Under the pieces are notes generated by a model. It saw only the letters and a list, made by a program, of their open reading frames with translations. It had not been told where the DNA came from and did no database searches. A program made the translations under genes and the position numbers. A stretch of 64,000 nt of DNA, taken from the sequence record MZ622713.1; one strand, 5' to 3'. Positions 47,572 to 58,008 of this stretch are shown here, piece by piece (position 1 is the stretch's first letter; each line of letters opens with the position of its first letter).

Positions 47572-48096
47572 ATGAAACAGGAAATAATTTTTATAAAAAT
47601 GGCTGAGGATTTCGCCAGTTCAGTTGTCTCTCTTCGTAAGAGTAATGATGCCACATGTTTACGTGGTATTGGGACTCGTCTCTATGACGCTCGTCGTCAA
47701 GTTCATCGTGCGGTGTCCAAGCTGGGAGCTAAACCCGGCACTCTAACAGTCTCTAACTGTATCAACATGGAGATCAGTCTAAAAGACTTTAAAGCAACGT
47801 TGAACACCAAACTAGGGCTTAAGTCTGACCTCAAGTATTCAGAATACCCAGTTCACAACAAACTGGACTCTGTGTTGCCAGAAGAGTTTTTCCGACATGT
47901 TTGCATTGAGTCGTATCGACTTGCTAAGGAAGAAGACGGTAAGTACTTCACCGGTGAAGAGTTACAACAACGCTTCACTGAACACCTTAACGGTCACCTG
48001 CCTGACGATAGCAAACTGGGATTAAGCGGTACGGTTTTCCATCCTCATACTCATAAAGCAGCGTTCAGCTTGACTCTTACAGACCTAGTAGGTTAA
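47572..48096 (+). CDS. Hypothetical protein
   Basis: 174-aa ORF, AAGG Shine-Dalgarno. Confidence 0.7.
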   Translation: MKQEIIFIKMAEDFASSVVSLRKSNDATCLRGIGTRLYDARRQVHRAVSKLGAKPGTLTVSNCINMEISLKDFKATLNTKLGLKSDLKYSEYPVHNKLDSVLPEEFFRHVCIESYRLAKEEDGKYFTGEELQQRFTEHLNGHLPDDSKLGLSGTVFHPHTHKAAFSLTLTDLVG

Positions 48097-48098
48097 TT

Positions 48099-48596
48099 AT
48101 GAATGCTGACCTTCCGGACTCGCTTGAAGACATAGACGTCTCAAAAGCAGTCGTGTACCAACATCAACATTATTGGTGTGTGGTGGAGAAACGGGAAGGT
48201 AAGTGGTTCGGTTACGTTGGTTCCTCAGGTAAGGGGAACCAACGTACCAAGTATACTGCTTTCAAAATATTTCGACCTGTTCACTCCAACATGTTAGTGA
48301 GTGTGTTATTCGAATATCTAACAAACTCTTATCTTTTCACTCAAACCAGCAGACGGTCTTACAAGTTCACTTTAGGTGTACTAAAACACTTATTAGAACA
48401 AACTAACGAACACCAGTGGACTGTACTGTATCGTAACCACAACGCATCTTTGTATCTTGGTCATGGCCGTAAACTAGGCATCAAGGTTAAAGGACGTTGT
48501 AATCTATCTTTAAACATTGATGATTGGATTCCAACCATTTTGCACAACAGAGTCTATCATCGCAAACATTCATTTAAGGAGTTACTCCATGTCTAA
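48099..48596 (+). CDS. Hypothetical protein
   Basis: 165-aa ORF in operon. Confidence 0.7.
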   Translation: MNADLPDSLEDIDVSKAVVYQHQHYWCVVEKREGKWFGYVGSSGKGNQRTKYTAFKIFRPVHSNMLVSVLFEYLTNSYLFTQTSRRSYKFTLGVLKHLLEQTNEHQWTVLYRNHNASLYLGHGRKLGIKVKGRCNLSLNIDDWIPTILHNRVYHRKHSFKELLHV

Positions 48597-49080
48597 CCAA
48601 ACAATTTTTGAAGGTCGTCGTTTTACTTTCAATACACAAACTACATCTTCAATCGAATCTTCTTTTGATGGCGCTTACGCTACTCTGGTGATCTCTCTTA
48701 ACGATGGACGAGAAACCAACACCATTCGTCGTACTTATCCGAAAAACTTCGTAGACGGCTTCTCAGGCGGCGAGGAGTGGGGTCCATCTAACCTTACTCA
48801 GATCTTACTGGGTTTATTCTTGATCGAGCCAAAAGGCGTAGTGACGTTAACCCGCACCCCACGCACTTGTTTGTCTACCTTGATCAACATCTACCGTGAA
48901 GAGTTCACCATCAAAGGTTGCTTCTTTTATACTGAACTAGATCTAAGTAAAGACTACATCCGTATCTCATCACAAATCGATAAAGACGTTGTAGTTGAAA
49001 CCCCTAACATCCGAGAACTAACCACCACAATGTTAAGCGGTATCATGTCAGCTTCAGAGCGTTACGCAAGAAAGCGATAA
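48589..49080 (+). CDS. Hypothetical protein
   Basis: Start revised to ATG 48589 after AAGGAG. Confidence 0.7.
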   Translation: MSNQTIFEGRRFTFNTQTTSSIESSFDGAYATLVISLNDGRETNTIRRTYPKNFVDGFSGGEEWGPSNLTQILLGLFLIEPKGVVTLTRTPRTCLSTLINIYREEFTIKGCFFYTELDLSKDYIRISSQIDKDVVVETPNIRELTTTMLSGIMSASERYARKR

Positions 49081-49085
49081 GCAAA

Positions 49086-49120
49086 TATAACTCCCTACCC
49101 TCAGTGGGTAGGGAGTTATA
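49086..49120. terminator. Bidirectional terminator
   Basis: 15-bp stem TATAACTCCCTACCC-TCAGT-GGGTAGGGAGTTATA between convergent genes. Confidence 0.85.
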
Positions 49121-49134
49121 ATCGCATTTATTTT

Positions 49135-51894
49135 TTAGAACAAGTCCATTGGGTTATAAGCCGTATTTACCGGTGGTGGTAATTCAGCCGCGCCCCACAT
49201 GGTGTCAGAATCGAACAACATTTCTGTACCCGCCACACCAACTAGTGTAATGTCATCCCCGTGTTGCACAGACATGATTTGTTCCACTTGTTGTTTACTC
49301 CATTCCATGATGTCTAGGTTACGTCCAGTGACGTTCTCACGTCCATTAGTGTCTAGCTCAAAGATGTAAGCAAAGGTAGGTGCGGTTTGTCCTTGACGGT
49401 GAACACGAGCGATGGTTTGAGTCATGATATACTCACGCCAAGGTGCGTTCATACACAGTACTTGGTTTGCCATGATCAATGGGTAACCAGTGGACAACGA
49501 CTTGAAGGTGGTGATTAACGGGTTCTTACGTTCTTCTTGTTCGAAGACTTTCACTAATCGATCTCGCTCGTTAGTGTTATCTCCGTAAACAAAGATAGTG
49601 TCGTAACCCAGTTTGGTCAAGTGGTCGTCACATTCGTAAACTACGTCTACGTGGTCTGTAAAGATCAATGTTTTCTTTTCAACGTGATCAATGTACTTAG
49701 GTAAGTCTGCGTATTCGACCAGCGCCTTTACAGCTTCGATACGAGCTTTACCTAATACGTTACCTAACGCCTCACCTTGAATCTTCAAACCTACGTACTT
49801 AACGATAGACTTAGCATTACGGAAATGTTTACGGTCCGTTGGAGCCATCCAGTTTTCGATGTCAAGTTCGATAGCTTTCGCACGTTTAGACAAGTCAGCA
49901 TCCGTGAAGTTATTGTAACCATCTTTACGGAACTTGTTTACAATACGTAAGTACTCTTCCAGTTCAGCCAACGCTTGTTGATCATTGCGTTTAGTGCAAT
50001 AGAAACGGTAGTCTGAAATAACTTGGTTGAAGTAGTTAACGTATTTGTCCATGTTGTTGGAGTAATACTTGTAACGGTCTTGGATGTAGGTCTGCATTTG
50101 CATGCGGATGGAATCCAAAGTGAAATGTTCACCATGTGGTACTTTCACTTTGACACGTTCCGCCGCTGGCGCGTCATCCATACCATCCAATACTGCGATA
50201 GTGTATTTCTCCGCACCAATACGGTGAGCGAGCAATTCGTTCAGTTTATCACGAGAACGTCCGTAACCGTCTTGGAAGGCTTTTCTTACATTACCTTTAA
50301 AGAAGCTATCGATAAGACAGAAGATCGCGTAGGATTCCTTACCGACCCCTTTAATCGGAGTACCCGACATTGGTAGCGCATCCGTGAATTGGAACTGTTC
50401 ATTAAACTCGATCAGTTTCTTGGTGCGCTTAGAGTTAGGGTCGTTAAAGTTATGACACTCGTCCACGATCATTTTGAATGCAGGGTTTCCGGCGTTGAAC
50501 TGATGAATCATTCGCATGTATTTATCACACAACGGGTCAACCATGAACTCATAATGGATGAAATAGTATTCGTCATCTTTTTGTGGGGGACGGTCCATTT
50601 TAGAGTGCCAGAACTTAGGAGGATTCACCCACACTTCGTGCTTGATGTTATTGGTCATGTGGTTACCCCACACTTCGTCAATAACGTTCAAAGGTACAAA
50701 CCCTACGGTCTTACCCTTAGGTAAAGATTCCGCCCACATCAAAGATAACGCAGTGTTATGAGTAACGACGTAGTCATTCGTGATGTAAAGGTGTTCAGGG
50801 TCGTCCACCATGATACACTGGGTAAGTTGATCTTCCATACGAGTGATGCGAGTGATACGAAGTTTATTCGCTTTCACCGCTTCTACTAGGTAACGATCAC
50901 CTTTTAGTGTAGCGCTGGCTTTCATACCAATACTACGAGCTACTTCCACGATGAGGTTAGCTAGGGATTGTTCTTGGAAATAACCGTAAGTCTTACCCGG
51001 GTCCAGAACGCCACGTAGCCAAGAATAACGTTCTTGCTCAGTAGTCTTATTGACTAGTTCCTTATCGTAGCTTGTGGTGGCTCCTACGCGCAGCATCATC
51101 CCTTGGTTGTACCAGCAAGGAATGTCTTGTTCAGGAGTTTCAAATGCGACCAGAGGAATGTAGTGAGGTTCGGTTTCATAGACGTCCATGATGTCATGAG
51201 TTTCTTTAACTAACCACTCCTTACCATCATATACCTTCCACAAGTGTTCTGGGTTACACTGCGCGGTACGACCATCTTCGAATTCCAGTTCGACTACTTC
51301 AGTTAAGCCTTGTGGATAAACACCCACAACTGTGCAGTAGCCACCGTCCGGTGATTCGATAACTTTACCACGGTGCATCTCACCCATGGTAGACCAACCA
51401 CCCGGTACTTTGATCTTAGCATTTAATGGCTGTGCTTTACCGGAACCTGCTTTACCGTCTAGTAACAAACCCTTTAGATGGTACGACGCTTTACGGGAAC
51501 TGTAGGTTTCTAAGAAACGTAACTGTGGGTCTAATGGTTTGAGCTTAACCGTACGTTTTAGTCGGTTGAAGTCAAAAGTAGACGGTCTAGGCACTAGGGT
51601 ATCGCGTATCCAAGTTTCGGTTTGGATGAATTCTTGGACTTTCTTTAAATCACGACGATTTACTCTTGTACTTTTTAACTGCAAGAGTTTAGTTATTAGG
51701 TGATTAAGTTCCAAGAGGAAAAATGACTTGACTTCGAATTTGCGAGAGTTGATTCGGGTCATCATATATTTCGTTACGGTCGTGGTTCCGTAAAGTCTTA
51801 CAATGTCCTGTTCGAAAGGTCGCCAAGATAATCCGCTGATTATAGCACGATTATCGTCGACCTCGATACTAGGTCCAAATAAACCACTAAACAT
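49135..51894 (-). CDS. SF2 (SNF2/DEAD-like) helicase containing an intein
   Basis: Walker A GKAGSGK|T split by the intein, IVDECHN, MSGTP, STGYPL and QTIARVHRQGQ; about 692 aa after splicing. Confidence 0.85.
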   Translation of the reverse strand: MFSGLFGPSIEVDDNRAIISGLSWRPFEQDIVRLYGTTTVTKYMMTRINSRKFEVKSFFLLELNHLITKLLQLKSTRVNRRDLKKVQEFIQTETWIRDTLVPRPSTFDFNRLKRTVKLKPLDPQLRFLETYSSRKASYHLKGLLLDGKAGSGKAQPLNAKIKVPGGWSTMGEMHRGKVIESPDGGYCTVVGVYPQGLTEVVELEFEDGRTAQCNPEHLWKVYDGKEWLVKETHDIMDVYETEPHYIPLVAFETPEQDIPCWYNQGMMLRVGATTSYDKELVNKTTEQERYSWLRGVLDPGKTYGYFQEQSLANLIVEVARSIGMKASATLKGDRYLVEAVKANKLRITRITRMEDQLTQCIMVDDPEHLYITNDYVVTHNTALSLMWAESLPKGKTVGFVPLNVIDEVWGNHMTNNIKHEVWVNPPKFWHSKMDRPPQKDDEYYFIHYEFMVDPLCDKYMRMIHQFNAGNPAFKMIVDECHNFNDPNSKRTKKLIEFNEQFQFTDALPMSGTPIKGVGKESYAIFCLIDSFFKGNVRKAFQDGYGRSRDKLNELLAHRIGAEKYTIAVLDGMDDAPAAERVKVKVPHGEHFTLDSIRMQMQTYIQDRYKYYSNNMDKYVNYFNQVISDYRFYCTKRNDQQALAELEEYLRIVNKFRKDGYNNFTDADLSKRAKAIELDIENWMAPTDRKHFRNAKSIVKYVGLKIQGEALGNVLGKARIEAVKALVEYADLPKYIDHVEKKTLIFTDHVDVVYECDDHLTKLGYDTIFVYGDNTNERDRLVKVFEQEERKNPLITTFKSLSTGYPLIMANQVLCMNAPWREYIMTQTIARVHRQGQTAPTFAYIFELDTNGRENVTGRNLDIMEWSKQQVEQIMSVQHGDDITLVGVAGTEMLFDSDTMWGAAELPPPVNTAYNPMDLF
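50755..51435 (-). mobile_element. 227-aa class-3 intein with a truncated LAGLIDADG remnant
   Basis: Starts AQPLNAKI (Ala1); block B CNPEHLW (His B10, Trp B12); block F QCIMVDDPEHLY (Cys F4); block G VVTHN followed by Thr+1; WLRGVLD and LIVEVARSIG remnants. Confidence 0.9.
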
Positions 51895-51942
51895 ATTAAC
51901 CTCTTATTAGTTATAAATTGAAAAAAGAAAAAGGAAACTGAC

Positions 51943-53301
51943 ATGACTAAGTCAAAACCTAACCACGAACTTTGGAAACTGTTTACCTACGTGGTGGAAG
52001 GCCTTGATGAAAATACTTTCGTGATGCCTATTGAAGTTCACGGCACGCCGGCACTATCTCACACAGGTATCGCGCCTGAAGATATGACGGTGACTATCAC
52101 TAAGCACGATTACCTTCCAATGACACGTATTCATGTTGACTTCAACATCCCAGTGGAAGTAGAAGAATACTTGAACTCTGACGACGAAAACAAACCGCAC
52201 GCAGCTAAATGGCTTAAGAACTGGTTTGACACACGTGGTCCAGTTGAGTACCTTGTGTACAACGTGATGGTAGATACACTCCTAGAGCAACTTCGTGAAA
52301 TCCGCACGATGATGCAGGATACTGAACGTTACGTCGATCATAGTGAAGTTAAGAAACTAATCGGTTTCCTAGCTAACCTAAGCATGGAAGACGTTGATAA
52401 GACAATTCAAAAATCTCGCAATCGTTACTACCCATTGGTTGTTAACCGCGTCGCTAATATCACCGTTGACGAACCTTCAGATGAATGGATCGATAAACAC
52501 TTCGGTGATATGACAGCGCAAGATGTTCAACACGTTGACCTAGTGGTTAACCGCAACGCTGAACGTATCGCTAAGTGTCTAGGTAAGATTGGCGAATTAG
52601 TCAACGAGTGGGGAGAGAAAACTAAAAAGATTAAGGATTACGATCTTTGGTTCTCTCTTAACATTGAAGATCATAAAATCGCTCTCGGTCTGGATGCTCA
52701 ACCTTACCGTTCCGAAGAAGACTTTGTGATCAACCGCTCACCAGTTAAGATGAGTGAATGGGAGAACGACGAGTACGATCTAGACGTCATCACCAAGGTT
52801 CGAGTACAGATTGATAAGATGAACATTATCATCGGTAACTTGCTTAACTACAACACTGGCTACGAGTCATTGAACAAAGAAATCAACAAGCAGTACTTCC
52901 GTGCGGTTCACCACCCGATTGCAAAACACACGGTACGCGTCTGGTCGTTTGATGATGTTTGTGAAGAAGGTCGTGCTAAGATCGATGCAGAGATCTCTTG
53001 GATGTTGGATACCATTACTGAACTAGGTCTACAAAAAGGTCGTACGGTTCGTCTGGATATTTCTAACATGTATCTACATACTACTGAGGCAGGTGAAGCA
53101 TTCATCTTACCTCATGATGAACAAGTTATCGCGCAACGCTGTCAGACTTACTCTGGTACGTTCTTCGACGCACTGCAACAACACTTGTTCGATGTAGAGA
53201 CTGATCTGTTTGGTCCTTACACCAACCTGAAACCTGCTGATCTAGACAATCAAAAGGTGATCACTGAGTCTGATCTACTTAACCCTCCTACCATCCACTA
53301 A
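51943..53301 (+). CDS. Hypothetical protein
   Basis: 452-aa ORF, AAGGAA Shine-Dalgarno, divergent from the helicase. Confidence 0.8.
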   Translation: MTKSKPNHELWKLFTYVVEGLDENTFVMPIEVHGTPALSHTGIAPEDMTVTITKHDYLPMTRIHVDFNIPVEVEEYLNSDDENKPHAAKWLKNWFDTRGPVEYLVYNVMVDTLLEQLREIRTMMQDTERYVDHSEVKKLIGFLANLSMEDVDKTIQKSRNRYYPLVVNRVANITVDEPSDEWIDKHFGDMTAQDVQHVDLVVNRNAERIAKCLGKIGELVNEWGEKTKKIKDYDLWFSLNIEDHKIALGLDAQPYRSEEDFVINRSPVKMSEWENDEYDLDVITKVRVQIDKMNIIIGNLLNYNTGYESLNKEINKQYFRAVHHPIAKHTVRVWSFDDVCEEGRAKIDAEISWMLDTITELGLQKGRTVRLDISNMYLHTTEAGEAFILPHDEQVIAQRCQTYSGTFFDALQQHLFDVETDLFGPYTNLKPADLDNQKVITESDLLNPPTIH

Positions 53302-53353
53302 TAATGTTATGGGGACCCGGTCCCCTTATCGTTTAATCAAACAGGAGACAATC

Positions 53354-53641
53354 ATGTCAGCGATTATCAATCATTCGCTCGCTTCGGCTAAAGTAGGTCG
53401 CGGTGAACCAATCAAAGTTCATGGTAAATTCGACGGCCTAGCTCAACCTCATCTTGTAGCTCTGTCTATCGATGGCAAGCCAGCAGGGGATGTTTACACC
53501 GACCAACAAGGTTACTTCTCAGCTGAGCTTGATTCGAAAGATTTGACGGTTGGTAACCACAAAGTAACGTGGTTCTTAGAAGAGCGTACGGAAGCTGCCA
53601 CTGAGCACACTGGTGAAATCAAAGTCCGTGTGACTAAGTAA
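53354..53641 (+). CDS. Stand-alone Ig-like domain protein
   Basis: Start revised to ATG 53354 (AGGAG); 95 aa with VYTDQQGYFSAELD and LTVGNHKVTW, echoing Big repeats. Confidence 0.6.
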   Translation: MSAIINHSLASAKVGRGEPIKVHGKFDGLAQPHLVALSIDGKPAGDVYTDQQGYFSAELDSKDLTVGNHKVTWFLEERTEAATEHTGEIKVRVTK

Positions 53642-53647
53642 GTCTTG

Positions 53648-53681
53648 TAATACTCTGCTCCTTAGCGGGAGCAGAGTATTA
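53648..53681 (+). terminator. Terminator
   Basis: TAATACTCTGCTCC-TTAGCG-GGAGCAGAGTATTA then T-rich tract. Confidence 0.85.
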
Positions 53682-53715
53682 TATTTTTTTTTTGCATTCT
53701 GTAAATTTTAACAGG

Positions 53716-53733
53716 TCTATATTACTATGGTGT
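53716..53733 (+). promoter_or_regulatory. Putative early promoter
   Basis: TCTATATTACTATGGTGT just after a terminator. Confidence 0.7.
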
Positions 53734-53775
53734 GTAATGTTGCACATCTTTTTTTAACTCAAGAGGATAAACATC

Positions 53776-54513
53776 ATGTCCGATAAACACATCAAAGATA
53801 TTATCACATCTGGAACAGAAGTCGGTGAAGGTCACCACATTGGAATTAAGTTCAGCGTAGTAAATGCTGACGGTGCCAAAGTTTCTGTTTACTGTGGGAA
53901 ACACCATCTCCAAGATATTCCCATCTTTGATAAGAAAACCCGTATCCGTCTCTCCATCGACCAACGACTAGAGTTGTCTCAACACGCTCCTATTTACATT
54001 TACGTAGATATGGACGGTAAGACGGTGGAACAAAAGAGTTTAGGATTCCTAGTGATTCCAGCCAGCCAATACTACTCTAAACGAGTTTTGGGTATGGGTG
54101 CGAATCTCGAAGACCTGAGACGTAACTTAGCGACCATCACATGCATGGCGTTGACTGCCCGAGTTAACGCGGTTAACTCTGTTGAGAAACCAAAAGAGGT
54201 AGCAGTCTTAGACTTCGAAACACCAACCATGTCTTATAAAGTTTCCATCACCCGTAAAACGAAAGCCTGCATGCTGAACTTTGCATTAAAGGACGACCTC
54301 GGTGATGAGTTCCTTTTAACAACACCATTAAAAGGCTGGTTGTATACCGTAGATCAAATTTTAAGTTGTCTGGATAAAAAGCCGTACTTAAAGCTAGCGA
54401 TGGATTTGGCATTAGAGTCCACCACTAAATCTTTAATGCAACTTAAAGATGACGATCTTTACTCCGCGTCTTTTACTGACGCACTTTTCACCGTAATTAG
54501 ACATAGCAAATAG
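53776..54513 (+). CDS. Hypothetical protein (beta-rich N-domain)
   Basis: 245 aa, GAGGA Shine-Dalgarno. Confidence 0.75.
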   Translation: MSDKHIKDIITSGTEVGEGHHIGIKFSVVNADGAKVSVYCGKHHLQDIPIFDKKTRIRLSIDQRLELSQHAPIYIYVDMDGKTVEQKSLGFLVIPASQYYSKRVLGMGANLEDLRRNLATITCMALTARVNAVNSVEKPKEVAVLDFETPTMSYKVSITRKTKACMLNFALKDDLGDEFLLTTPLKGWLYTVDQILSCLDKKPYLKLAMDLALESTTKSLMQLKDDDLYSASFTDALFTVIRHSK

Positions 54514-54522
54514 GATACAACA

Positions 54523-56043
54523 ATGGATAAGCACACTGAAGCGTTTTTAGGGAAAGTGGTTGAGTACTGTGAGTTTTTACAACGTTTCACCGGTCAAAAC
54601 TCAGCATTCCCTGATATGATGCGCTCTATTCTAATGGACTCACGTCTACCTAAAGAGTTCCAAATGGTAGGTGAGGAAGACCGCATTGAACACGTCAGTC
54701 ACGGGTTCAATCAAAACGGTAAAACTGAATGGGGTGAAATTGTTACTCCTTGCTACCAGAAAGATTGGGAAGAGTTAATCGTTAAACATGGTGCAGCAGG
54801 ATGGTCGGTGGAAGAAGAACACATCAAGTTGGATTTAGACTGGTGTAGAGCTCGCCGTCACATAAATGCTCCTAGCTGGTCATTCTGCATGCCTCATCCG
54901 GACCCTCGAGTGATCGCAACTGATCGCTGGATGCCGGCTAACATTAAACTTACCAATTACTTGAATTCACGTCTTGCTGGATTGCTAGGTTTGTTACCGG
55001 GGTTTGCTGAAGAGAACGCTCGTAATGATCACCATGGGGTAGTTAAGGAGATCAAGAATAAAGCGATGGGTATCCTATCGACCTTTATCATGCAGTCCCG
55101 TGCTCCGTTTGTTATCACGGGTGCTCGTAATAGCGCTTCTTATGCTCAAGTCGATTTGACTGAGTCTTTCGTTCTACCACATGATTTCAGTCTAAATGCA
55201 GAGTGCATGTTGGTGCTAGCTCACGGCGACTGGAAACTTCGTGCCTACCAAGGCGGGGAAGTCCACGTTATGAAACGCAGTCGTAGTGTCTGGCAGAAAG
55301 TGGATTTTGAAGATATGGATAAGTTTAGCAAGAAAGATTTCGAAGCGTTCTGTAAGGTATTCGATACTGACTTGAAACTTAAAGAGAAACAAATCCATCC
55401 AACCTTAGAAGCAATCAAAAGTGTCGTAGACCGACGTCCAACTGGGGGTTACCTACCTTGCGCTACATTAAATGTGGTTGTTAAGGATAACTCAGGTGAG
55501 ACTGTATCTAAGAAACTTCACGTCTTTGCTGATCAAGTGACCTCCGACTCTATCAATTCTGAATTACGTATTAAGTGCCGTGAACTCAGTACTGAATTAG
55601 TGGTTGAAGGGGTTGATGTAATACAAGCCGCTAGTGAGGCAGTAAAACAGTCTTGTAAGGTGATTGATGACTTTGCTCGAGAGAAAGAGATCAAACTCAC
55701 TATTGAACATCAGCACGTTGTACGTGTACTGAATAAAGACGGTTACACATTGCTCGATAGTCGTGTGGTAAATCCGAAAGCCCTTGAAGATTTCAAACAC
55801 CTACTCTACCGACTAGGTGGATATCCTATCAAAGAGATCAAAGATTTCGACGACAAGGATTTATCTGAATCTTTATTGGGTATTAAGAAAACTGCTAATG
55901 AACACCGTAGCGACTTTGTTGTTGAAGGTCCGGGCGATGAACTAATCTATGAAAAGGTTATGGGGTTGATCGAGGCGTTGTGTGACAAAGGCACACTCGA
56001 CGGTCGTCACATTTACAAAGTTCTGGCTGAAACAAGTTACTAA
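54523..56043 (+). CDS. Hypothetical protein
   Basis: 506 aa, AGGA Shine-Dalgarno. Confidence 0.8.
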   Translation: MDKHTEAFLGKVVEYCEFLQRFTGQNSAFPDMMRSILMDSRLPKEFQMVGEEDRIEHVSHGFNQNGKTEWGEIVTPCYQKDWEELIVKHGAAGWSVEEEHIKLDLDWCRARRHINAPSWSFCMPHPDPRVIATDRWMPANIKLTNYLNSRLAGLLGLLPGFAEENARNDHHGVVKEIKNKAMGILSTFIMQSRAPFVITGARNSASYAQVDLTESFVLPHDFSLNAECMLVLAHGDWKLRAYQGGEVHVMKRSRSVWQKVDFEDMDKFSKKDFEAFCKVFDTDLKLKEKQIHPTLEAIKSVVDRRPTGGYLPCATLNVVVKDNSGETVSKKLHVFADQVTSDSINSELRIKCRELSTELVVEGVDVIQAASEAVKQSCKVIDDFAREKEIKLTIEHQHVVRVLNKDGYTLLDSRVVNPKALEDFKHLLYRLGGYPIKEIKDFDDKDLSESLLGIKKTANEHRSDFVVEGPGDELIYEKVMGLIEALCDKGTLDGRHIYKVLAETSY

Positions 56044-56050
56044 CATTACA

Positions 56051-56068
56051 GGGAGGGGAGACCCTCCC
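56051..56068 (+). terminator. Short hairpin
   Basis: GGGAGGG-GAGA-CCCTCCC then ATTTTT. Confidence 0.55.
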
Positions 56069-56095
56069 ATTTTTAATCAATTAAGGATATTTTCC

Positions 56096-57127
56096 ATGTC
56101 TAACTACTATGTTGAATTAAGTCATTTAAAACACACCAGCCGTGCCTGTAACGCGGTTCACTTCTACACTGACGTATGTCGCTTTGGTCGTCGTCTACGC
56201 ATCGCTCTGATGGATAAGAAGATGTTAGATGAAGAATTCGAAGCCGGTGTTCCTTCTACGGAAAGTGGGATTGTGATCTATGATGAAATGATCGAATCTA
56301 GAATCATCACGGCCACCATCCTCCCACAACATCTGAGTAAGTTTGAATCTGATTACATGGTCAAGCTGTGTGTCTTCGACGAAGATGATCGGTTGGTGGA
56401 AACCATTCCCCACATGACGGTTTTGTTAGACGACACAATGAACATGAGAGACACAGTCGTCCACTTGAGAGACCGTGCTCTATATCGTTTGTTCTGTTTA
56501 CTTAGCCCTATGTCCTTTGCACTAGGTTCGGGTGAACAAGAAATCATGTGTACCTACATTGCCGGTTACCAGTTCAATCTAGTGGTTAACAATGGTACGT
56601 GGAAAGCAACACTGCGTGACGACACAGATCTGGTAGTAGGTAGCGTGGAAGCTCTAAACGTCAACAATCTACTAGAGTTGATTAAGACTAACGGTGACTT
56701 TGCTGAAGTTGTCGATTCAGCGTTGTTGTTTGATTACTTCATCGCACCTGTATGGTTCCAAAAAGACCCTACGTTCAAGTCTAGACTCAGAATGAAAAAT
56801 GAATTCATTTATCAGACCTTTGAGCGTGATGAAAAGTCAACAGAGCCACCTGTGCGATATGTCGCCAACGCCAAACCTAAGTTGGACATCTTAGCTTACC
56901 TCAGTTTCATGAGTGAGTTAGATGCCAAGTACGATTTCCAAAAACAAATTGACCGCAAGTTGTTCTTGCACCAATTCAGAACTCGTTTCCCTAAGTTCCT
57001 AGCTTTATACGACCTAGAAGAAAAATGGAAGATCAAAGACTACCATTTGAGTTTCTTCTTGAACGATCAAGGTTGGGGTTACGAAGGCAACACTAACCTT
57101 AAGGAGTTATTAGAACATGTCTCATAA
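56096..57127 (+). CDS. Hypothetical protein (beta-rich N-domain)
   Basis: Start revised to ATG 56096 after AAGGA. Confidence 0.75.
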   Translation: MSNYYVELSHLKHTSRACNAVHFYTDVCRFGRRLRIALMDKKMLDEEFEAGVPSTESGIVIYDEMIESRIITATILPQHLSKFESDYMVKLCVFDEDDRLVETIPHMTVLLDDTMNMRDTVVHLRDRALYRLFCLLSPMSFALGSGEQEIMCTYIAGYQFNLVVNNGTWKATLRDDTDLVVGSVEALNVNNLLELIKTNGDFAEVVDSALLFDYFIAPVWFQKDPTFKSRLRMKNEFIYQTFERDEKSTEPPVRYVANAKPKLDILAYLSFMSELDAKYDFQKQIDRKLFLHQFRTRFPKFLALYDLEEKWKIKDYHLSFFLNDQGWGYEGNTNLKELLEHVS

Positions 57128-57419
57128 ACCAGACTTTTGTTTAGCCGACTTTAAACTGGCTTTAGTTGCGTGGTTTAAATGTAACACACCGGTATCTAAG
57201 CACGCCAACAACATAGAGTTAGCTAACGATTATTCGATTCCCTTCGGCATATGGATGTTGGAAAAGCTTAAGTCTTACTCCAATGTTGATTCCCGTTGGT
57301 TCCATGAAGGCTACGGGCTTGTTTTTAAAAGAAACGATCTCGATGGTTGGGAAGTTCAACTAAACGAACTCGCATTAGAGTTTATAGAAAGTAGTCGTCA
57401 AACCCGTTCACTCGGTTAG
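57117..57419 (+). CDS. Hypothetical protein
   Basis: 100 aa, AAGGAG Shine-Dalgarno. Confidence 0.7.
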   Translation: MSHKPDFCLADFKLALVAWFKCNTPVSKHANNIELANDYSIPFGIWMLEKLKSYSNVDSRWFHEGYGLVFKRNDLDGWEVQLNELALEFIESSRQTRSLG

Positions 57420-57434
57420 TATTTATTTAGAGAG

Positions 57435-58004
57435 GTGTCCATTGATAGGACACCTCCACATTTTTTAATTAAGGTAATCACCATGATCGACCCAGATATG
57501 AGACCAGCCTCTGGTTTATTCTTAACTTTGTACGGCGCACTTAAGCGTCAACGTGAAACAGAGAACAGCCTCCGCGAATTAGCTAAGGGTTGTAAAAATG
57601 GCCGTGTGTCTTTAGAGTTAGTGAATTGTTTTGATCCAGCTAACTATCGTTTCAGTGTTTTTGACATTACACTGTTTTACTGGTTAAATGAAGAAATAGG
57701 CGAACCTATTTGTTTGTTCACTATTCGTGATGAAGGTCAGGGCAACCAGATGAACATCATCACTCTTGACATCAGTAATCCAGACGCTAAGTTGGAAGAT
57801 TTATTTACCAGCCTACTTTACATCTTAGCATGTCATTATCCAGATACCTTAACCCGTATCGCTGAATCAGAAAACGATATTCTTGAAAAACTTAGATGGG
57901 GTGAAGAATACGTCTTAGCAGGCAAACCTCGATTTAAGATCAAAGAACAAGCTTTATACCGTGACTTAGTCCTTCCACTACTACCACCAACAGAATGCGA
58001 GTAA
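57435..58004 (+). CDS. Hypothetical protein
   Basis: 189 aa; start could be ATG 57483. Confidence 0.65.
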   Translation: MSIDRTPPHFLIKVITMIDPDMRPASGLFLTLYGALKRQRETENSLRELAKGCKNGRVSLELVNCFDPANYRFSVFDITLFYWLNEEIGEPICLFTIRDEGQGNQMNIITLDISNPDAKLEDLFTSLLYILACHYPDTLTRIAESENDILEKLRWGEEYVLAGKPRFKIKEQALYRDLVLPLLPPTECE

Positions 58005-58008
58005 TACC

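Noticed and set aside
49938-50724. Alternative-frame and antisense ORFs inside the helicase, and similar short ORFs elsewhere in the track
   Set aside because: They lie fully within long motif-bearing genes and have no translation signals.
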